A stretch of 20,900 nucleotides of DNA from Candidatus Polarisedimenticolia bacterium (GTDB taxonomy: Bacteria; Acidobacteriota; Polarisedimenticolia; Gp22-AA2). The stretch spans positions 1 through 20,900 of the forward strand of contig DASTNM010000133.1 of the NCBI GenBank assembly GCA_035762745.1, written 5' to 3'. The first letter of the stretch is position 1. Each line of letters begins with the position of its first letter. Positions 14,870 through 20,900 of the stretch are shown here, one piece after another. The notes beneath the pieces were generated by a model. It was not told the origin of the DNA. It did not search any database and saw only the letters and a program-made list of their open reading frames with translations. The position numbers and the translations under genes are program-made.

Positions 14870-17800
14870 GTGACCTCATCCAGAAAAGCCCTGGCACTGG
14901 GCGCGCTGTGCGCCCTGACCTACCTGGCCGTCTCCGTGCGCCGCCTGGGAGCGCCCGACACTCTGTTCGTCCTCGACGCCCCGCTGTTCCGCATCGCGCC
15001 GCGCGTCGTCGCGCCGGGCTGGCATCTGGTTCCGCGCCTCATCGGCCGCCTGTCGCGCTACCCGGCGTCGTCCAGGACGCTGCGCGTCGATCTCTCGGGT
15101 GAGCGGGCGGCGGCGAGCCGCGAGGGGGCGCGGGTCGAGGTGGAGGTCGATCTGTCCTACGCCGTCCAGGCCGAGCGGGTCCTCGACCTGCACGCCGCCC
15201 TCGGTCCGAGCTACGAGATCCGCCTCGCCGGCCTGGTGCGCCGGGAGGCGGCGGAGAGGATCCGCGAGGTCTCCTATGACGTCGTGCGTAACCGCGATCC
15301 GGAGCTGGCGCGCGTGGTGCAGAGCGGCCTCGAGCATCGACTCGCCGGGGGGGGGCTCGAGCTGACGCGGCTGCGCATCGTGCAGGTCGCCGCCGCGGGC
15401 GAGACCTCGGGGACGATCCTGCGCGCCGGCAGCCCGCCGGTCGATCGCCAGGTCGTGCTGATCGGTGTCGACTCCTTCGACTGGAGGATCATCGACCCGC
15501 TGCTCAAGGCGGGGCGGATGCCGAACCTGGCGCGTCTGGTGGCGCGCGGGGCCCGCGCCCACCTGCGCACCATCCGTCCGATCCTGTCACCGGTCATCTG
15601 GACCAGCATCGCCACCGGCGTCAAGCCTTCGCGGCACGGCATCGTCGACTTCGTGGTGGCGGCGCCCGACAGCGGCGCCCTCCTGCCGGTCACCAGCGCC
15701 ATGCGGCAGGTCCCGGCGCTCTGGACCCTCCTGAGCCGGCAGGGGGTCGGCGTCGACGTGGTCGCCTGGTGGGCCACCTGGCCGGCCGAGACCGTGCGCG
15801 GCCGGATCGTCACCGACCGGGTCGCCTTCCAGCTCTTCGCGGAGTCGGTCAAGGACGACTGGAAGAGCGCCGATCGGGAGAAGAGCCGCGGCAAGACCTA
15901 TCCGCCCGACCTGTTCGAGACGATCCGGCCGCTCATCAAGGTGCCCGCGGAGGTGACCGACCAGGAGGTGGCGGAGTTCCTGCCGGGCGGGCGCTTCCCG
16001 CGCGCGCCGGGCGTTGCGGAGCGGGATCAGCTGAACGACTTCCGCACCGTCCTGGCCGCCGGGCAGACCTATCACGCCATCGCCCGGCGGCTTCTCGCGC
16101 CCGAGGGGACGGACGACGCGGCCGGGGGGACGGGAGGCCCGCGGCTGCGGATGATCTACTACGAGGGACCCGACACCACGTCGCATCTCTTCATGCGCTA
16201 CCGCCCGCCGCTGCTGCCCGGCGTGCGGCGTGACCAGATGGCGCTGTTCGGAGGGATCGTCGATCGCTACTACGAAAGGCAGGATCGCTACATCGGGGAA
16301 ATCGTCGCGGCGGCCGGCGCCGGCGCCACGGTGATCGTCGTCTCCGACCACGGCTTCAAGTCGGACAGCAACCGGCCGCCGCACAGCGACCCGCGCATCG
16401 ACAAAGGGAACGCCGCCGACTGGCACACGCCGATCGGTGTGCTCGTGATGGCCGGCCCCGACATCCGTTCCGGGTTCGACGTCGAGGCGGCCTCGGTCCT
16501 CGACATCGCGCCGACGATTCTGGCGCTCTACGGCTTGCCGGTGGCGCGCGACATGGACGGCCAGCCGCTCGCCCAGGCGCTCGATCCCGCCTTCCTGGCG
16601 CGGCGGCCGATCACCTGGGTCGACACCTACGGCGGCTTCCGGCCGCCCGCGCAGGAGGTCGCCTCGGCCGCCTCCCCCGGGGACGCCGAGATCGTCGAGA
16701 AGCTCCGAAACCTGGGCTATATCGGCGAGGAGAGGATGACGGCGCACAACAACCGCGGCGTGATCGCCATGGACGAGGGGGATCTCGACGGCGCCATCGC
16801 CAGCTTCGAGCGCGCCCTCAAGACCGACGGCAGCGCCAATCCGATGGTGCGCACCAACCTGGCCGATGCCTGGCTCCGGAAAGGAGATCTCGACAAGGCG
16901 CGCCGGTACGCCGAAGAGGCGCTTCTGGCGGAGCCGCGCGACAAGCAGGCCGAGCTGACCCTCGCGGGGGTGGCGCTGAAACAGGGGGACCTGGGCGGCG
17001 CCGAGCGGCACCTTGGAGCCGCCATCGCCATCGATCCCACCTTCGTGCCGGCCCACTCGCAGCTCGGCAGGCTCCAGGCGCAGCGGGGGAACGACGACGC
17101 GGCGCTGGCCGAGTACCGTCGCGTCGTCGAGATCGCCCCCTTGAGCCCGATCGAGTACAACAACATCGGCAACATCTACAGAAAGCGCGGCCAGATCGAC
17201 AAGGCGATGCGGGCCTACCAGGAGGCGCTGCGCTGCGATGCGCAGTACATCGGCGCCTGCAACAACCTCGGCCTCTGCCTCCAGGAGAAGGGGCGCCTCG
17301 ACGAGGCGCGCGCGCTCTACGAGCGGGCCCTCGAGATCCGCCCCGAGAACCCGATCCTGCGCAACAGCCTGGGGACGCTTCTGTCGCTGAAGGGGGACAA
17401 GAAAGGCGCGCTCGAGCAGTTCGAGCGCGCCGTGCGGGCCGATCCCGACTGGCCGGTGGCGCAGGGGAACATGGCGACGCTCCTGTACGAGCAGGGGCGG
17501 CTCCCCGAGGCGCGCGCCGCCTTCGAGCGCTGGGTGAAGCTCGAGCCGGAGTCGGTCGAGGGACGCCTCGAATACGCCCTGGCGCTTCTGATGACGCAGC
17601 AGTGGGACGAGGCCATCCGGCAGTTCGGCGAGGTCCTCAAGCGCAATCCGAGCGAGCTTCGGGCCAACATCGCCCTCGGTGAGACGCTCTTGCGCAAGGG
17701 AGATCTGGAAGGGGCCCAGGCCCACCTCGAGAAGGCCGCGGGGATCAGCGGCAAGCTGCCGCGCGTCTACAACAGCCTGGCCGAGGTGTACGAGAAGCGC

Positions 17801-17911
17801 GGACTGACGGAGCAGGCCCAGCAGGCCTACCGGAGGTCACTGGCCATCGAGCCCCGGCAGGAGGAGGTCCGCCGGCGCCTCGCCGCCCTCGTCCTGCGCC
17901 TCCGTCCCTGA
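14870..17911 (+). CDS. 1013-aa multidomain protein: N-terminal TM/signal anchor, then an SPFH/band-7-like domain, then an alkaline-phosphatase-superfamily (type I phosphodiesterase/nucleotide-pyrophosphatase-like) domain, then about nine C-terminal TPR repeats.
   Basis: Residues ~1-23 are hydrophobic ('ALALGALCALTYLAVSV'). Residues ~25-190 show SPFH patterning ('VAPGWHLVPRLIGRLSRYPASSRTLRVDL…VEVEVDLSYAV…GLELTRLRIVQV'). Residues ~200-600 have 'VVLIGVDSFDW', 'SPVIWTSIATGVKPSRHGI', 'VVSDHGF' and 'DIAPTILALYGLP', typical of the PF01663/AlkP core. Residues ~620-1000 are repeated 34-aa TPR units (e.g. 'NNIGNIYRKRGQIDKAMRAYQEALRCDAQ'). The GTG start at 14870 lies 30 nt after the large-subunit stop and has only a distant GGAGG (14849-14853). 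Confidence 0.8.
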   Translation: MTSSRKALALGALCALTYLAVSVRRLGAPDTLFVLDAPLFRIAPRVVAPGWHLVPRLIGRLSRYPASSRTLRVDLSGERAAASREGARVEVEVDLSYAVQAERVLDLHAALGPSYEIRLAGLVRREAAERIREVSYDVVRNRDPELARVVQSGLEHRLAGGGLELTRLRIVQVAAAGETSGTILRAGSPPVDRQVVLIGVDSFDWRIIDPLLKAGRMPNLARLVARGARAHLRTIRPILSPVIWTSIATGVKPSRHGIVDFVVAAPDSGALLPVTSAMRQVPALWTLLSRQGVGVDVVAWWATWPAETVRGRIVTDRVAFQLFAESVKDDWKSADREKSRGKTYPPDLFETIRPLIKVPAEVTDQEVAEFLPGGRFPRAPGVAERDQLNDFRTVLAAGQTYHAIARRLLAPEGTDDAAGGTGGPRLRMIYYEGPDTTSHLFMRYRPPLLPGVRRDQMALFGGIVDRYYERQDRYIGEIVAAAGAGATVIVVSDHGFKSDSNRPPHSDPRIDKGNAADWHTPIGVLVMAGPDIRSGFDVEAASVLDIAPTILALYGLPVARDMDGQPLAQALDPAFLARRPITWVDTYGGFRPPAQEVASAASPGDAEIVEKLRNLGYIGEERMTAHNNRGVIAMDEGDLDGAIASFERALKTDGSANPMVRTNLADAWLRKGDLDKARRYAEEALLAEPRDKQAELTLAGVALKQGDLGGAERHLGAAIAIDPTFVPAHSQLGRLQAQRGNDDAALAEYRRVVEIAPLSPIEYNNIGNIYRKRGQIDKAMRAYQEALRCDAQYIGACNNLGLCLQEKGRLDEARALYERALEIRPENPILRNSLGTLLSLKGDKKGALEQFERAVRADPDWPVAQGNMATLLYEQGRLPEARAAFERWVKLEPESVEGRLEYALALLMTQQWDEAIRQFGEVLKRNPSELRANIALGETLLRKGDLEGAQAHLEKAAGISGKLPRVYNSLAEVYEKRGLTEQAQQAYRRSLAIEPRQEEVRRRLAALVLRLRP

Positions 17912-17929
17912 ATCGGCGCGCGCCGCGGC

Positions 17930-17970
17930 GCAAAAAAAAGAGGCGGCCCCGCGCCAGGGCCGCCTCTCGT
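17930..17970. terminator. Bidirectional intrinsic terminator between the convergent TPR gene (+) and porin gene (-): A8, stem GAGGCGGCC (17940-17948), 9-nt loop, stem GGCCGCCTC (17958-17966).
   Basis: A perfect 9-bp GC stem is flanked by aaaaaaaa (17932-17939), which reads as a U8 tract immediately after the hairpin for the minus-strand gene, and by tcgtcgtctctc on the plus side. Confidence 0.6.
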
Positions 17971-17989
17971 CGTCTCTCCGGCTACGGGA

Positions 17990-18997
17990 TCACTTCTTGC
18001 CGAACCTGAAGATCACCCCGCCGTGCAGGCTGTTGAAGGCGATGGTGTCGCGCCCACGGCTCTGGACCGAGCCGATCCCGGTCATCGACGCGGGCAGAGG
18101 ATCGGCCACCAGCCCGTTCCATTCCGAGGCCGAATACCCCAGGTAGTAATCGAGGTGCCCGTACCCCGCCCAGACCGCCTTCAGGTCGTAGTCGCGGATC
18201 TCCCCCCGGATGTAATCGTCGTTCACCGAGAGGTTGTCGACATTACCGCCGCTGTCGACCGCGCGCGCCGTCCCCTTCGTGTCGGCCTGCAGGAACGACA
18301 CCGACATCCCGCCCACCATCTGGAAGTGCTTGGTGAACTCGAAGACCGCCGCCACGCCGACCTTGGGACCCTTGGCGGTCGATTTGAAATTCTTGTTCTG
18401 GGTATAGGTATAGGAGCCGAGACCGTAGGTGATTGTCCCCGAGAACCCCTGGTCCTCCTCGTAGGTGGCCACGCGCAGCCCCGCGATCCAGCGGACGCTC
18501 AGCTTTTCCCCGGCGATCATCGGCCGGACGTAGTCGATATCGACGGTCTTGGCCTTGATGCTGGAGGTCGCCGTGACGTCGATCGGGTAGGTGGCGTTGG
18601 ACGCATATCCGAGGTAGGGAGAAGCGCTGAAGCCGTAGCCGACGATCGTCGGGTAGACGCCGCCCAGGAGTCCGTTCTTGGTGTTCTCGTCGTCGTTGTC
18701 GAAGTTCCAGTAGGAGACGCGGAGGCTTCCGAGGCTCTTGCCGAAGGAGTAGCCGACCGAGCCGCGCCAGGTCGTGTGCGAGTCGTTCTCCATCACCAGA
18801 CGCTCGGTTGTCGAGACCGGGGCATTCGTGACCACGTGGTTGGCGTAATGCTGGTCGAGACTGTTCGGCTGCGTCATGGCGACGTCGAGGGCGGCGAACC
18901 ATCCCTTGTAGTCGCCGTCGGCAGCCCGGCTCGGAGTGGCGATCGCCAGCATCGCGCAGGCCGCAACGCCGGCCACCGCCAGGCGTGTCATCTGCAT
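17990..18997 (-). CDS. Outer-membrane beta-barrel (porin-like) protein with a signal peptide, ~335 aa.
   Basis: 'MQMTRLAVAGVAACAMLAIATPSRAADG' is a Sec signal peptide with an AxA site. The mature protein is rich in Tyr/Gly/Asn/Thr/Ser with alternating amphipathic strands, ends in 'GGVIFRFGKK', and has noticeably lower local GC. ATG 18997 is preceded by GGGGGAA. The track's extension to 19207 has no support. Stop TGA (revcomp 17990-17992). Confidence 0.65.
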   Translation of the reverse strand: MQMTRLAVAGVAACAMLAIATPSRAADGDYKGWFAALDVAMTQPNSLDQHYANHVVTNAPVSTTERLVMENDSHTTWRGSVGYSFGKSLGSLRVSYWNFDNDDENTKNGLLGGVYPTIVGYGFSASPYLGYASNATYPIDVTATSSIKAKTVDIDYVRPMIAGEKLSVRWIAGLRVATYEEDQGFSGTITYGLGSYTYTQNKNFKSTAKGPKVGVAAVFEFTKHFQMVGGMSVSFLQADTKGTARAVDSGGNVDNLSVNDDYIRGEIRDYDLKAVWAGYGHLDYYLGYSASEWNGLVADPLPASMTGIGSVQSRGRDTIAFNSLHGGVIFRFGKK

Positions 18998-19230
18998 CTG
19001 TCGTTCCCCCTGATGAGTCGAGTCGAGATGCGAAAGGATCGGTTGACAGCGGGTCGAAGCGATCCACCTCCTTCCTCCGGGCACGGACCCGGAAGCTCTG
19101 CGACGGCGGCGATCGGAAAACGCTCGAGCGACAAGCGGCAAGACGCCGGGGCCATACCGGCCCCTGCGACACCGCTCCTTATATCCAGGTGGCGAAGCGG
19201 AAGTCAAGCCGGGGAGGGAGACGGCGCCTG

Positions 19231-20091
19231 TCAGTAGTGCAGGAGGATCTCGCCGCCGCCGCGGTGATCGAGCGCCATCCTGGCGCGCGTGTAGAGGACG
19301 CGGAACCCGAGGCGCTCCGCGTTGCGCTGCGCCACGCCGCCGGGGGACGCCGACAGGGTCGCCAGGTCGCAGCCTCGCTCGACGGCGAGAGCGAGGCGGG
19401 CCAGGATGAGGGCCGAATGGGCCCCTCGACCACGGCAGGGGGCGAGCGTGCTGCCGCCCAGGAGGATCGCCACCCGCTCCTGAATCGCCAGGGCGCCGCC
19501 GCCGGCCACCCGGTCGTCGACGAGCGCCAAAAAGCAGGTGGCCCCGGGAAGTTCACAGAACGGGGCGAAGGTCCCCATCAGCGCCGGCGAGACCGGCTCC
19601 GGGTCGAAGAAGCCCTGCGCCACGGTCCGGGCCCAGGTCTCGGCACCCTCCGGCGTCACGCGGCGCGTCGAGACGCCCGAGGAGGGGGCGGGGAGCGGCG
19701 CGTCGCCGCGGACCAGGGGTCGGGCCAGGAGATTGCTGAACCCGGTGAGGCGATAGCCGCGGCGGCCGAGGAGATCGAAGAGCGACGGATCGGCGAGAGG
19801 GGAGACCTCCAGGCGCGCCTCGATGCCGCGGCTGCGATAGAACTGTTCCAGCCGCTCGATCTCGACCACCGTGACCGGCCCCTCCAACCCCAGGCCGCCG
19901 GCCCGGGTCAGAGGGGAACCGATCCCGGCATAGACCGCCGCGCCACCCGCGATCCGCTCCGCCACCGCCGCGGTTCCCGGGCGCAACCGCTTCAGGGTCT
20001 CGGCGTAGAGCATGGCGGTCGTCGCCTCGGCCGCCTCGATTCGGCGCGCCAGGTCGCGATCGACGGAGGCCGGGGTGGGGGCGTCGGGCAT
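19231..20091 (-). CDS. GNAT-family N-acetyltransferase (two-lobed).
   Basis: The C-terminal half carries an acetyl-CoA motif-A-like segment ('CRGRGAHSALILARLALAVERGCDLATLSASPGGVAQRNAERLGFRV'). The ATG (revcomp 20089-20091) overlaps the stop of the upstream gene (TGATG). Confidence 0.7.
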   Translation of the reverse strand: MPDAPTPASVDRDLARRIEAAEATTAMLYAETLKRLRPGTAAVAERIAGGAAVYAGIGSPLTRAGGLGLEGPVTVVEIERLEQFYRSRGIEARLEVSPLADPSLFDLLGRRGYRLTGFSNLLARPLVRGDAPLPAPSSGVSTRRVTPEGAETWARTVAQGFFDPEPVSPALMGTFAPFCELPGATCFLALVDDRVAGGGALAIQERVAILLGGSTLAPCRGRGAHSALILARLALAVERGCDLATLSASPGGVAQRNAERLGFRVLYTRARMALDHRGGGEILLHY

Positions 20092-20783
20092 CAGGGTGTC
20101 GTCGCCGGAGCCGGGGGCGGGCGCAGGAGGGCGCGGATCGTCTCGCTGTCGAGACCGGTGATCGCGTGCAGCTCCTGGATCGAGAGGCCGCGGTGCTGTC
20201 GGACGAACTCCTCGAGATCATCCTGGGTCGGCTCCGACTTGAGGTAGAAGAGCCGATCGAGCAGCGTCTCGACCTCCTCCGCCTGCCGCTCGGGCTCCTT
20301 GCGACTCGCCTTCAGCTCGAGGAGGACGGTGGTGCTCCCCTGGCGCGCGAAGGCGGCGATGGTGCGGCCGTAGTTGGGGTTCGCCCCCATCGCCGGGGGC
20401 GGTATGGCGCTGGCCCGCAGGCGCCGCGCCTCCTCCTGGCTGCGGTAGAGAGTCAGACCGACGCGCGTCCCGCCCTCACCCGTAATCCTTTCGAGGTAGA
20501 CGATCTCCAGCCGCCCGAAGAGCGCGGGCGCTCCCTCGCGCGCGTACCCGACCCCGTCAAGGCTGACGACGTTCGGCGCCTTCGCCCCGACGTCGGGCTT
20601 CAGGTCGACGCGCAGCCGCAGGCTCATCCCCTCATACCGGCCACGCAGGTCCTTGAGCGCCTCGCGTGTGAGAGCGCGCGCCGGGCTGCCGACCAGCAGC
20701 ATCATGACCGCAGACGCCAGACCTCGAGAGAGAAGCGTCCACCGCCCGCGCGATCCGCCAGCCGTCCGAATTGAGGTCGCCAT
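20091..20783 (-). CDS. Hypothetical secreted/periplasmic protein, 230 aa, translationally coupled to the GNAT gene.
   Basis: The N-terminus has an Arg-rich n-region plus a hydrophobic core and ARA↓LT ('RGRWTLLSRGLASAVMMLLVGSPARALT'). The C-terminus has a helix-hairpin-helix-like 'LSIQELHAITGLDSETIRALL'. I recognised no family. The start is uncertain: ATG 20783 has GGAGG only 1 nt upstream. Confidence 0.45.
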   Translation of the reverse strand: MATSIRTAGGSRGRWTLLSRGLASAVMMLLVGSPARALTREALKDLRGRYEGMSLRLRVDLKPDVGAKAPNVVSLDGVGYAREGAPALFGRLEIVYLERITGEGGTRVGLTLYRSQEEARRLRASAIPPPAMGANPNYGRTIAAFARQGSTTVLLELKASRKEPERQAEEVETLLDRLFYLKSEPTQDDLEEFVRQHRGLSIQELHAITGLDSETIRALLRPPPAPATTP

Positions 20784-20900
20784 GCCTCCATTCTATGACA
20801 ACCAGGAGCGATCGGCGGAAGCACCGTCAGCCGGCCGCCACCCAGGCAGCCCGATCTCTCCGCTCCCGGCTCCGAGTCAGCCGCGGTGACGGGGTGGCAA

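Noticed and set aside
18998-19207. A 70-aa N-terminal extension of the porin-like ORF up to ATG 19207.
   Set aside because: The signal peptide begins at Met71 (ATG 18997), which has an RBS-like GGGGGAA. The extension is Arg-rich and would place about 70 residues before a Sec signal.
1-20900. I searched for CRISPR repeats, IS/transposase or integrase genes, tRNA/rRNA, and large direct or inverted DNA repeats.
   Set aside because: I found none. There are no periodic short repeats, no DDE/tyrosine-recombinase-like ORFs and no cloverleaf-compatible conserved tRNA boxes. The repetitiveness in 16700-17900 is at the protein level (TPR units), not tandem DNA repeats.

Overview
This is a roughly 70% GC bacterial chromosomal segment with strong GGAGG-type ribosome-binding sites and a GC3-biased codon style, as seen in Acidobacteriota, Myxococcota and similar groups. 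I found no rRNA, tRNA, CRISPR array, transposase or integrase. The many long reverse-strand and alternate-frame ORFs in the track are GC-driven artefacts lying antisense to well-conserved genes.

Gene content, left to right:
- A partial MDR-type oxidoreductase (3' end).
- A small signal-peptide outer-membrane beta-barrel protein on the minus strand.
- purM, then an overlapping 67-aa two-helix membrane ORF, then purN.
- A RadC-like JAB/JAMM protein and tyrS.
- A minus-strand PP2C/SpoIIE-type serine phosphatase whose N-terminus is a DksA/TraR-type zinc finger.
- Divergently from it, a STAS-domain anti-sigma-antagonist-like protein.
- A tightly coupled six-gene operon for a Hyf-like, complex-I-related membrane module: NuoB-like small subunit, HyfB (NuoL-like), HyfC (NuoH-like), HyfE, HyfF (NuoM/N-like), and a fused NuoC–NuoD-like 'large subunit'.
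- A 1013-aa SPFH/band-7 + alkaline-phosphatase-family phosphodiesterase + TPR protein, 30 nt downstream.
- A convergent minus-strand porin-like outer-membrane protein separated from it by a bidirectional intrinsic terminator.
- A GNAT acetyltransferase translationally coupled to a secreted hypothetical protein.

The most interesting item is the Hyf-like operon. Its large subunit has lost three of the four [NiFe]-ligating cysteines: ERISGDTSIGH replaces the xRxCGxCxxxH motif, and a single Cys remains in the C-terminal DPCxxC position. The window also contains no NuoI/HycF-type 2[4Fe-4S] subunit, no Hyp/endopeptidase maturation genes and no formate dehydrogenase. This fits the poorly characterised 'Ehr' (energy-converting hydrogenase-related) class rather than a true hydrogenase.

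The operon sits beside a partner-switching pair with an unusual phosphatase architecture and is followed by an SPFH-scaffold fusion protein.
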